A stretch of 55,181 nt of DNA from Parcubacteria group bacterium GW2011_GWA1_47_8 (GTDB lineage Bacteria > Patescibacteriota > Minisyncoccia > Phycocordibacterales > UBA1550). The translations under genes and the position numbers were made by a program. This document shows, piece after piece, positions 36,970-46,292 of the stretch; the first letter of the stretch is position 1, and each line of letters opens with the position of its first letter. Below the pieces are notes generated by a model. That model made no database searches and was not told the DNA's origin. It worked only from the letters and a program-made list of their open reading frames with translations. Where the stretch lies: positions 1 through 55,181 of the forward strand of contig LCOP01000002.1 of assembly GCA_000996605.1 (NCBI GenBank), in the 5' to 3' direction.

Positions 36970-36978
36970 AATATAGCA
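36970..36978 (-). promoter_or_regulatory. candidate extended -10 box TGCTATATT (minus strand), 6 nt before the HlyD-like ATG
   Basis: The minus strand reads TGCTATATT-GAGCGT-ATG(36963). Confidence 0.4.
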
Positions 36979-36985
36979 CAGAGGG

Positions 36986-39474
36986 TTATGTTCGGGTAGT
37001 AGGTGCGGTCATGCGATAGTAGAACAGTTTTGCGATTTCGGTGGTGATAAAATACGTGCCCACGAGGCCAAGTACAAATCCAAGTGAGGAAGCGGAAGGG
37101 CTTATGAAGTTAAACATGGTATGTCCGAATGTGGTAAAAGGAAGCGCGATGGTGAGGGCGCCCGCAAGAAGGGAAAGGAAGACAATAGTGCGTGACGGTG
37201 CCACGGTGCGAAAAAAGATTTTACGCGAACGGATAGAGTAGAAGAATACAAGTTCGGTTAAAATGCTCACCATGAACCAATGTGTTTGGAGCGACTCGGC
37301 ACTTACTTGATAGAATGAGGCAAAGGTAATAAAGTCAAAAAGTGTGGAGATTACACCCAAGATGGTGCCAAAAATAAGTATGTTTCGTACGTCGTATTGT
37401 TTGGGTTTTTGAAGCTCTTTTGGCTCAACATTATCGGTAGCGATGGCAATCGCAGGGAAGTCCGAGAGCAGATTCACGAGGAGGATTTGGAGGGGTAACA
37501 TCGGGAGAAAGGGGATAAAGAGCGACGAAATCGCGACTGCATAAAAGTTTCCAAAATTGGAGGAAAGCGAACTCCGCAGATATTTGACGGTATTGGCGAA
37601 AATAGCGCGCCCCTCGCGGATGCCACCGATGATGACGTCCAAGCTTTTTTCAAGGAGGACAATATCGGCGGCTTCGCGCGCAATGTCGGAGGCTCCATCG
37701 ACAACGATTGCGACATTGGATCTCTTGAGTGCGGGGGCATCATTGATGCCTTCGCCCAAGAATCCAACTCGGTATTTTTTTTGGAACATGCCGATGATTC
37801 GGTACTTTTCTTCGGGTGATACACGCGCAAAGACGTTCAGACGATCGAGCGCGGCAGTGCGATCGTCTTCGTTTAGAGCAAAGAGCTCACGCGCGGTCAT
37901 GACCTCCTCGGGGTTTTTCGCGAGACCGACTTCGTACGCTACCGTACCAGCAACCTCGCGACTGTCTCCCGTGATGATCTTGATGCCAACTTTGAGCGCA
38001 ACCGCATCCTGTATTGCTTTGCGCGCACTTACTTTGATGGGATCGACAAATGAGACACAACCGATGAACGTGAGACCTTCTTCGTCTTTGACGTCGTCAT
38101 AGTCTACAGAAGAAAGATTCTTTGAAGCAACAGCGAGTGTTCGTCGCCCCTTGCGTCCCTCGTCCGCCATCCAAGAAAGGACATGCGCGCGCTCCTCAAG
38201 GGAGATGGAAACGGCATCCAAGAGGACCTCCGGCGCGCCGCGCACAATGAGCATCGTTTTCCCCTCGTGCGACAAGAGCGCGCTGTTTTTGCGCCGGACG
38301 GGGTCGAATGGAATATCGCGGATTTTTTCATATGCGGCAATACGAGTTTGATCCGTCGAAGACAACGCTTCCCAGAGTGCACGGTCAAACGGGTCGATGT
38401 GTTCATTTCGGTCGCGCATCGCAAGATAGGAACCCCCCATATTTGCGGCAAAAATAATTTCTTCGCGATTCTGACCGCAGGTTTCGGAAACTGTAAGTTT
38501 ATTCTCTGTCAGTGTTCCTGTTTTGTCAGTGCAAAATATTTCCACGCTCCCGAGGTCTTCAATAGCGGAAAGACGCTTGACGACGACGTGATTTTTTGCG
38601 AGACGCCGCGCTCCGCGTGAGAGGGAAAATGTCATCACCACGGGGAGTGCTTCGGGTACGACACTGACGGCAAGGGCAATGGAAAAGATGGCGAGCCCAA
38701 CGATATCAGTGCTGAAGCCCTTGAGGAGAATGTTTGCGACAAAGATGAACGCAAGAGTTATCAGTACGAGGTAGAGGATGAATTTGCTGAACTTCGCAAG
38801 CTCTTGTTCGAATTTACTCTCACGCTTGCCCTCACTGGAGAGTCGTGCGATATCGCCTATCACCGTCTGCGATCCGACGGCAAAGACGATACCGACGCCG
38901 CGCCCAGAGACTACCGTCGTTCCTGAAAACCCGATATTGTTCGCCTCGTGAAGCTCCACCCCGCCACCCCCATGAGTGGCTCCTCGTTTACGGTTAAGTT
39001 GAACTCCTCGATGATACGAATATCCGCGGGGATGCCGTTCCCTGCTTCAATGATTACCACATCTCCCAAGACGAGGTTTTCTACGGGGATCGTAGCGAGT
39101 GTGCCTTCGCGCCGTACTTTAACGCGGCGAGGGATGAATTTTCTCAAAAGTTCGACGGTTTGTTCAGAGCGATATTCTTGATAGAATCCGAGAAACGTAT
39201 TGATAAGAAGAAAAATGACTATCATGACCCCCTCGGTCATTTCACGAAGAAGGAACGAGAGTACTGCCGCCCCGATGAGAAGGTAGATGAACGACGATTT
39301 TAATTGACGGAGCAGGATTTCCCATGGACTGACCCTGCTCTCTTTGATTGTGTTGATACCGTATACTCTGCGGCGCTCGGCAATCTCATTATGGAGAAGC
39401 CCTCTTTTCGGGTCGACTTCAAATTTTTTGAGAACGGCGGAAATATTTGTGCTCGCGTACGAAGAAAAGTTCAT
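36986..39474 (-). pseudogene. cation-transporting P-type ATPase (P2/P3, MgtA-like), frameshifted and lacking TGES
   Basis: The N-terminal ORF 38911-39474 (Cation_ATPase_N-like) and the C-terminal ORF 36986-38959 (CTDKTGTLTEN, ITGDS, GEGINDAPALK) overlap in different frames at a G-run (C-runs 38959-38962 and 38967-38971 on the plus strand). One extra G would fuse the two frames. Confidence 0.8.
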
Positions 39475-39485
39475 AGGTAAGAGAA

Positions 39486-41363
39486 TTATATCTCCTTTCG
39501 TCCGGAATTAAAAAGTCGAAGTGAGTTTATAATGGGGATAAAGTCGGTGAGAAAGTTGTACGCCGCCGCTTGCGGAGCATTGATGACTCCCGTAAATACC
39601 AAATAGATACCAATAATGTTTACGACACCCCAAATGGCAAAATTTCCGCGCGCAACGGAGAGTACTTGTCGCGCGATAGCACGTAACTCAACAAGCTTGG
39701 AAAGATTGTCTTTCATGAGGACAATGTCCGCTGACTCTATTGCGGCATCCGAACCGATGCTACCCATTGCAATCCCTATGTCGGCACGTGCGAGAACTGC
39801 CGCATCATTGACCCCGTCTCCGACCATCGCAACAATCTTGTCGGGCCCGAGGTACGCTTCGAGAGCTGAGACTTTATGTTCTGGAAGCAAGTTTGCTTGA
39901 TAGTCGGTGATTCCTGCCGCGCGCGCGATTCCTCGTGCAACAACCTCGTTGTCGCCGGTAAGCATAACAATATCGCGAACCCCGCTTTCTTTGAGCGTGG
40001 CGATTGTCTGCGCGACATGAGGGCGAAGCGTATCTGCAAGTGCAAAAAGTCCCACAATCTGTTTGTCATAGGCGACCAAGGTAACATTGTGTCCACGGCG
40101 CTCTTCTTCGATGATAGCGAGCGTAATATTGTCGGTGATCGCGACGTTGTATTCATCCATGAATTCAGCACGTCCAACGATGATTTCTTTGTCGTGTGTC
40201 ACACCGCGAAGGCCGCGCCCTTCTTTTTCTTCAAAATGATCAGGAGTGATACACGCAATGTTGTTTTCCGCTGCGTACCGTGCGATTGCTTGCGCAACTG
40301 GGTGTGTCGAGCCGTGACAGAGAAGCCCCGAAAGTTTGATGGCGTGAGAAACCGTAACATCGCCCCACGAACGAACATGTTTGACTGAAAGCTTTCCTGT
40401 CGTGAGTGTCCCTGTCTTGTCGACGATGAGCGTGGTTATTTTTGCGGCGTTCTCGAGGAAACTTGTTCCTTTGATGATGATACCGCGCCGCGCGGCGGCT
40501 CCCATGCTTGCGATGTAGGCAAGGGGTATCGCGACGGCGATATCGTCCGCACACACCACGAGGACGAACGCAAGGATCATTGCCTCATTCTTGGTGACAA
40601 GATAGATTGCCAGTGCGGCCACGAGTACGATACCGATATACCAACTGGCGAATTTGTCTGCGGTTGTTTCCATACGCGTCTTGATTGATCGGGAATTCTC
40701 AACGAGCGTAATCATGCGTTCAAAGGTTGTCGCTTTGCCGATCTTTTGTGCGCGAATGACAAGATTCCCCGAGGCAATGATTGTTGCGGAAAATACTTCA
40801 TCGCCGGACTCTTTGAGGGTCGGCAGGGATTCGCCGGTGAGCGATGATTGATCGACGGTGGCGCTTCCTTTTACTGCCGTACCGTCGACGGGGATTTGTT
40901 CTCCCAGATTTACGATAACGAGGTCGCCTACGGCGACCTCGTTCAAAGGGATTTCAACCGCATCTTTTCCGCGCATGACTCGCGCACGCGAGGGCTTCAT
41001 TTTTGCAAGACTTTCGAGCGATGCGTGAACACGTTTTTTTGCGAAGATTCCCAAAACACGCGCCAAAGTAAGCATCAGGTTGATGAAAAGCACAGACACC
41101 CACTCTCCTGCAAGAAGGGAGAATACCAGGGCAATCGTGGCGAGGAGGTCGACATTGATTCGTTTTTGAAGAATACTTTTCCATGCAGATAGGAGAATGG
41201 GAATGATACCCAAGATGGCGATGCCGGAGAGAATGATTGCTTCGGATGTTTCAGGGACAAGCTTTGTTTCGTATGCAATCAGGGTAACGGAAAAAATAAC
41301 GAGTAAGGAGATTTCTCGGTAAAGTATTTTTTTGAACAATGTGTCGGCTTTGTCTTTGGGCAT
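39486..41363 (-). CDS. P1B-like P-type ATPase without N-terminal metal-binding domain and without CPC motif
   Basis: The ORF track starts at 41447 and overlaps the divergent SET gene; ATG 41363 gives MPKDKAD. It has LTGESLP, VDKTGTLT and GDGVNDAAVLA. The TM6 position reads VLVVCADDIAVAIP where P1B pumps carry CPC/CPH/SPC. Confidence 0.85.
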   Translation of the reverse strand: MPKDKADTLFKKILYREISLLVIFSVTLIAYETKLVPETSEAIILSGIAILGIIPILLSAWKSILQKRINVDLLATIALVFSLLAGEWVSVLFINLMLTLARVLGIFAKKRVHASLESLAKMKPSRARVMRGKDAVEIPLNEVAVGDLVIVNLGEQIPVDGTAVKGSATVDQSSLTGESLPTLKESGDEVFSATIIASGNLVIRAQKIGKATTFERMITLVENSRSIKTRMETTADKFASWYIGIVLVAALAIYLVTKNEAMILAFVLVVCADDIAVAIPLAYIASMGAAARRGIIIKGTSFLENAAKITTLIVDKTGTLTTGKLSVKHVRSWGDVTVSHAIKLSGLLCHGSTHPVAQAIARYAAENNIACITPDHFEEKEGRGLRGVTHDKEIIVGRAEFMDEYNVAITDNITLAIIEEERRGHNVTLVAYDKQIVGLFALADTLRPHVAQTIATLKESGVRDIVMLTGDNEVVARGIARAAGITDYQANLLPEHKVSALEAYLGPDKIVAMVGDGVNDAAVLARADIGIAMGSIGSDAAIESADIVLMKDNLSKLVELRAIARQVLSVARGNFAIWGVVNIIGIYLVFTGVINAPQAAAYNFLTDFIPIINSLRLFNSGRKEI

Positions 41364-41425
41364 GGGGAATATTTTTTTGTTGTACAGCGGGTCTAATATA
41401 GTATAGTATACACCCGATACTACTG

Positions 41426-41824
41426 ATGCCGATACCGATTCCTGCAAATGTTAAATTGAAAACAAAACGATCCCGTGCGGGGCTCGGGCTTTTTGCGGTG
41501 GAGCCTATTAAACGTTCTTCATATGTCATTGAATACGTCGGCACGGTGGTGCGAGGGCATGCGGTAGACGAGCTTGCCAACAAATACCTTTTTGAGACGA
41601 GCCGTTTCCGCATGATCGACGGCAGTGCACGCTCGAATATCGCGCGGTACATTAATCATTCATGCAAACCAAATTGTGAAGCGGAAATAGTTGCAGGGAG
41701 AGTGTTTCTGCGCGCGCTTCGCCGTATTGAGGCGGGGGAGGAGCTCTCGTATGATTATGGCAAAGAATATTTCGATATGTATATCAAGCCGTATGGTTGT
41801 CGTTGTGCGGCATGTGCGAAGTAA
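41426..41824 (+). CDS. SET-domain protein (putative protein-lysine methyltransferase) with post-SET Cys cluster
   Basis: 132 aa with ARYINHSCKPNCEAE (NHSC pseudoknot motif), ELSYDYG and a C-terminal CRCAACAK. Confidence 0.8.
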   Translation: MPIPIPANVKLKTKRSRAGLGLFAVEPIKRSSYVIEYVGTVVRGHAVDELANKYLFETSRFRMIDGSARSNIARYINHSCKPNCEAEIVAGRVFLRALRRIEAGEELSYDYGKEYFDMYIKPYGCRCAACAK

Positions 41825-41872
41825 CTTCAAGGACATCCTCTTTGTGCGGTAGAGAATTTACCCAAAAGGTAG

Positions 41873-41900
41873 TTGACTTTTTCCTGCTTTATGGTATAAG
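41873..41900 (+). promoter_or_regulatory. candidate promoter TTGACT-N16-(TGG)TATAAG, 6 nt before ATG 41907
   Basis: TTGACT at 41873-41878, extended -10 TGGTATAAG at 41892-41900, then GTACAT and the ATG. Confidence 0.45.
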
Positions 41901-41906
41901 GTACAT

Positions 41907-43153
41907 ATGTTCAAAAAACTCGCACTGACGGCTCTTGTTGCCACATCGTTTATTCCCGCCTTTTTTCTGGTAAAAACCATATATAATGGCGTAAAACCGG
42001 CCTCTGCGGTGTTGGCAAAAGATACAGGAGAAGTATTATCAGAAAATTCCACAGCTTCTTCCCTTGCCACTACGCAAGAAGCCACCAGCACTCAAGACGT
42101 AAAAGTGGCGATAGAAACACCGAAGAAATCTTCAGAAGTTCCAAATACTGTTGTTATCTCGGACAGTGTATTACCCACAAACACAGATGACGTGGAAGTA
42201 GAGAAGCAAGCGCAAAACATGGTCGCGCAAGTTATCTCTGTGGCGCCGGTAGTGCAAAAACCGGATCCCCTCACCACACCCTTCGTTTTTCTTGAATCAT
42301 TGATTGCTGACTGGAATATCGAAACATCGTCTGCGCATGTGGATAATTTGACGCGGCTTTGGGGGAGGTTCGACTAAAAAGCGCTGCGGGCGTCGATGCA
42401 AAAAATTACGACGGTATCAATTTATATATTGTCGGTGGTCTCGGCGGAGAACGAATAACGATGACTCTGTATGACGACCAAGGAAAAAAACTTGGGAGTC
42501 AGAATATCTCGCGGTACTTGCAGAAGGGGCATGTTACGAGGGATTTTGCGCAGATGTATATAAGCTTCTTACCACTCAAAGCATCTCATTCAGTTGTGTC
42601 TGAAATTGTATTCCAAAGTGAGAAGTCGGGAGATATTTATCTCGACAATATTACGTTTACGAATACGCCGATGATTCGACCGACATCAGGCAAGGGCGAC
42701 ACCTACGCACCCGAAGTGTTCATTGACGAATTGGTGAACGGATGGGAAATTCCCGCGATGGGGAGTGATACGCGTATTTATGAAAAAGACGGTATGGGCG
42801 GCACGCCAACAATCCAGACGACGTTCACAGCGGCTGGCGAGAGTGTCGATTTTCACCAAGAGCAAGGTATGTATACGTACTCATTTCGGTATCTTACCTT
42901 TTGGGCAAAGGGGCAAGCGCTCGGGGATACAATATATGTACGTTTGAAAGATAGCAATGGCACTGAATTCGGCAAAATGACGCTCGGCGACTTCGTGAAA
43001 AATACTTCGAATTATACGGAGTTCCAAAAGATATCAATACCGCTTGTGTATCTCGGTGCGGAGAACGTCATTATCAACAATATTATATTCACGAGTCGTG
43101 AAGGTACCTCTCGCGAGCTTGATCTCGATGATATTAAGTTTGAATCCTACTAA
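41907..43153 (+). pseudogene. secreted protein with two tandem beta-sandwich (CBM-like) domains, split by a -1 frameshift in a G5 run
   Basis: ORF 41907-42377 (signal anchor, Thr/Ser/Val-rich linker, ...NLTRLWGRFD*) and ORF 42359-43153 overlap at TTTGGGGGAGG (G run 42361-42365). One extra G gives the continuous reading ...TRLWGEVRLKSAAGVDAKNYDG.... It could equally be a sequencing error. Confidence 0.65.
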
Positions 43154-43246
43154 CCTTTTCCACATAGGTTAGTGCAAAAACGGTCTTTTCCATCGCCCGC
43201 TTGCCATTCACGCAAAACCTCTTTGTTGCGTGGAAAAGGTTAGTAG
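43147..43246. repeat. 17-bp perfect inverted repeat with 66-nt spacer, overlapping a stop codon
   Basis: CTACTAACCTTTTCCAC (43147-43163) pairs with GTGGAAAAGGTTAGTAG (43230-43246). There is also an inner 7-bp stem, CACGCAA...TTGCGTG. Confidence 0.8.
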
Positions 43247-43330
43247 AAAGCTATTAATTTTAAAATTAAGAAATTATGATCTGTTTTGAAATTAACGGAA
43301 TATTGAATATGGAGTAGCGGGCGCGAAAAA

Positions 43331-43357
43331 CCCCGAGCATATATGCTTGGGGTTTTT
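43331..43357. terminator. bidirectional intrinsic terminator between convergent genes
   Basis: AAAAACCCCGAGCATATATGCTTGGGGTTTTT: a stem CCCCGAGCA/TGCTTGGGG (one G-U pair) flanked by an A-run and a T-run. Confidence 0.6.
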
Positions 43358-43440
43358 ATGCTTGACGACGAGTACAATACTATCTACTTATACGATACTA
43401 TCGTACTGTATAGGTAGATAGTGAAATTAAAACAACTTTT

Positions 43441-44070
43441 TTAGCGCGTGCCAATGATGATTGTCGCATCAAACGGTGTGCTTTCGGGCGTCGTGGTTGC
43501 GACGACGGCAGGGTATATCTTTTTTATTTCTTCGAGGAGAGAAGCAGTGTAGTTTGACCTGCTTTCTTTGATGAAGATGGTTGTGGTCGCGTAGAGTTTG
43601 TCCGCGTTCCCCGTTTTTGGTTTTGTGAACCCGCCATCCTCAAGTGCTTTCGCAAGTATCGTCGCGGCACCCGCTTTTGCGGTGCTGTTTTGCACGACGA
43701 TGGTAATTGAGCGCTTGTCCAATACTTGCGAAGCAGAAGAAGTCGCTACCTCCGCTACTTCAGAATTGGTTGTAACTGCGACAGCTGTTTCTATTGACGC
43801 GGTGGTCGTTTGCTCTTCAGTGTCTAGTACTTTGATGTTGAGTTTTTTTGCGATTGATTCGTAGTCTTCTCGATTGAGCACTTGCGCAGGACTGTCGCTC
43901 TCGGAAGAAAATACTTTGTTCATGTTTTTGGAAATGAATTGCACCGCAAAGAGAAAGATTATCAAGATGATGATAAAAAAGAACATAAAGATTCCCGGAT
44001 AGATCAAGTCCTGATACTTGATCTTTTTCAATGATTCGATAAGCACGGAAGTATTTTTTTTGATGTCCAT
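43441..44070 (-). CDS. LytR_C (LytR/CpsA/Psr C-terminal) domain membrane-anchored protein
   Basis: 209 aa with an N-terminal TM and the C-terminal ITIVVQNSTAKAGAATILAKALEDGGF...ATTTIFIK...ATIIIG pattern typical of LytR_C. Confidence 0.7.
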   Translation of the reverse strand: MDIKKNTSVLIESLKKIKYQDLIYPGIFMFFFIIILIIFLFAVQFISKNMNKVFSSESDSPAQVLNREDYESIAKKLNIKVLDTEEQTTTASIETAVAVTTNSEVAEVATSSASQVLDKRSITIVVQNSTAKAGAATILAKALEDGGFTKPKTGNADKLYATTTIFIKESRSNYTASLLEEIKKIYPAVVATTTPESTPFDATIIIGTR

Positions 44071-44075
44071 GGTGT

Positions 44076-44636
44076 TTATTGGATTGCCTTCGTATAAAGT
44101 ATCGCACGGAAGGACGCATTTGATGTGCTACTCCAGCCGGTAGGGCTTTGGGCGGTGATGTTTAAGCTTTCAATTTTAGTGAAATAGGGGAGTTTTTCGA
44201 AATCTTTGAGGTAGTTTGAAAAGGCGAACACATTACTTGGAATATTGTTGGTGTATGTGATTTGCAAGAGTGGCAAAGGAGTGTCGATGTTTGCGGGAGT
44301 AGGACTGTCAAAGTTAAACGTTTGGGTAATGCCATTTTTGAGTGCGAGACTCTCTAATGTAGAGATGAATGCAAGGATATTATCTGCGGGAAGGAAAGCA
44401 CCTTCAATAAAGGTGTCGTTTGTCCCCACAATTTCCGTATCACGTTTGAGGGTGGTAAAGACCCCTGTGCGTTTCTCAAGTGAAGTTGCGAGGTTTCGGT
44501 TGATTACTACGGTAGTCGAGATCTTCTCGATTTTACGCGCGAAAAAGAAGACCACCGCCCCTGCGATGCCGACCACCACGAGGGCGATAAGCACATGGCG
44601 ACCAATGAGGATAAAAAGATTTTTGTTCGTGAACAT
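44076..44636 (-). CDS. PilO-like type IV pilus assembly protein
   Basis: 186 aa. Single N-terminal TM, coiled segment and ferredoxin-like C-terminus. Located immediately downstream of pilMN. The family assignment rests on context and architecture. Confidence 0.55.
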   Translation of the reverse strand: MFTNKNLFILIGRHVLIALVVVGIAGAVVFFFARKIEKISTTVVINRNLATSLEKRTGVFTTLKRDTEIVGTNDTFIEGAFLPADNILAFISTLESLALKNGITQTFNFDSPTPANIDTPLPLLQITYTNNIPSNVFAFSNYLKDFEKLPYFTKIESLNITAQSPTGWSSTSNASFRAILYTKAIQ

Positions 44637-44648
44637 GGTGTTAGTATA

Positions 44649-46121
44649 TCATCTCCAGTATGCTGTGCTCGGGTCATTGATGCGGAATGATACCGAAAAG
44701 GGGATGCTCTCTCGTTGCGCGATGTTGGTGATCGGTAAGTCAATCTCGGTCAAAAGAGGGGAGTCGAGAAGAGATTTTTTAAAGAGATTGAGTATTTCGC
44801 GATTGCGTGCGGTACCAGTGAGAGACATTTTTTCTGTGATAGACGGTGCGGAAAAACTCGAGACGGAGATTCCGTCGATAATACGCCTGCTCACCTCGTC
44901 GAGGACTCCACTCCAAATCGGTGTTCCGTCGAGGATTACTTGTCCGGTCGCGGTGAGTTCGTTCACGTGTTCAATCCACGCCTCCTTCTCCAACAATTCT
45001 GGAGAGATAGCTGAAGCAGAGAGCGTCGCGATAGTCCGCTCTGCGTTTTGTGCGAGCGAAAACATAAAGAAATACGCGCCTAAAAATACCGCCATAAAAA
45101 ATACCGATACACCGATTGTCATGTTGCGAATGAGTGCGACGACGGTTGCTGCTTTTTGGTAGGCGTACGCTTCTTCGGTGCCGACGGGCAGTAAAGAAAT
45201 GAGATTGTCTGTCCCCTCGGGCATCTTTCCGCGGATCGCGGCGCCGAGCGGTATGAGCCATTTTGACGGTGGCTCGGTGCTCTCGGTTGCCCCTCTATAC
45301 TCATCGCGAACGCGAGCTTGGACAAGAGAAGCTTCCTCGACGGTTTTTTTCATGTCTGCCTCAAGGGCGGTTTTTATGTTCGCGACCTCCGCGGAAATTT
45401 TTTCTTCGGGGACAAAGAGTCTGGGGAGCGCGCGCGAAAAACGGAGCACGCCGTCTCTCAAACAAAAAATAGTTGCACCGTCGGGAGTCTTTTTAGTGAA
45501 GAGCGTTGTTTGTTCCGGTTCTGCTTTGATCGCGCGGGCGATACTTGAGAGGTGAGACTCGAGTGCGAGAATTTTGATTCCGGCGCGCTCGATGGCATCG
45601 ACGTATCCTTGTGCGACACTTTTAGGGATTGTGGAGAGGAGGATCTCGTTCATTGGTGAATTCCCCGGGGTGCGTTCCCAGTCGAGATATACATCCTCGA
45701 CTTTCATAGGGAGTTGGAATCCGATGGCAAGACGCATTGCTTCGGAGAGGCGTGTGCCGTCAACGGTCTTGGGAAAAGAGAAAACGCGCGAGTAGATATT
45801 GTCATCGGGGATAGCAACGACAGCATAGTCGGTGCCAAGCTTTGCTTTCAGTCGAATTTCTTTTAATGTTTTACTGAGGAGATCGACATCAACAACAACG
45901 CCATCTGCAATAATATTTGCGGCTATTGGCTCTTCGATGAGCACGATTTCCTCCTTTGTGTTGGTATTTTTGTCAATTGTCCGCAAAGCGGTGTTAGTTG
46001 TCGGTTGTTTTCCCCTTCGCCCTTTTTTGTGCGAACGGAAAAAGGCGATACGAATCACCGAGTCGCTAATCTCGATACCCGCGACGCGTTTTTCTTTGGT
46101 GAGGAGGTTTAGGATGTTCAT
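44649..46121 (-). CDS. pilM: fused PilM (actin-like ATPase) - PilN type IV pilus assembly protein
   Basis: 490 aa. N-terminal VAGIEISDSVIRIAFF and an ASKHA-fold-like region, a TM segment (GVSVFFMAVFLGAYFFMFSLA), and a PilN-like C-terminal domain. Confidence 0.75.
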   Translation of the reverse strand: MNILNLLTKEKRVAGIEISDSVIRIAFFRSHKKGRRGKQPTTNTALRTIDKNTNTKEEIVLIEEPIAANIIADGVVVDVDLLSKTLKEIRLKAKLGTDYAVVAIPDDNIYSRVFSFPKTVDGTRLSEAMRLAIGFQLPMKVEDVYLDWERTPGNSPMNEILLSTIPKSVAQGYVDAIERAGIKILALESHLSSIARAIKAEPEQTTLFTKKTPDGATIFCLRDGVLRFSRALPRLFVPEEKISAEVANIKTALEADMKKTVEEASLVQARVRDEYRGATESTEPPSKWLIPLGAAIRGKMPEGTDNLISLLPVGTEEAYAYQKAATVVALIRNMTIGVSVFFMAVFLGAYFFMFSLAQNAERTIATLSASAISPELLEKEAWIEHVNELTATGQVILDGTPIWSGVLDEVSRRIIDGISVSSFSAPSITEKMSLTGTARNREILNLFKKSLLDSPLLTEIDLPITNIAQRESIPFSVSFRINDPSTAYWR

Positions 46122-46238
46122 GGGGGTGAATTCAAGTCTATGGTTGATAGTTTGTAGTCTATAGTGAATTCATTAACAACTTATAGACTAAATGACTAAC
46201 AACTGTCCCTATATAGTATACCAAGTTATTTTTTTACA

Positions 46239-46247
46239 TGCTATACT
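46239..46247 (+). promoter_or_regulatory. candidate extended -10 box TGCTATACT upstream of the histidine kinase gene
   Basis: TGnTAnAnT pattern, 45 nt before ATG 46293. Confidence 0.35.
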
Positions 46248-46292
46248 TATTATCAACAGAAATATAAATTTCTTGCACATAAAAGACACAAT

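Noticed and set aside
44245-45162. 305-aa plus-strand ORF across pilO-like/pilMN
   Set aside because: It is antisense to two co-directional pilus assembly genes, spans their intergenic gap, and has no motifs.
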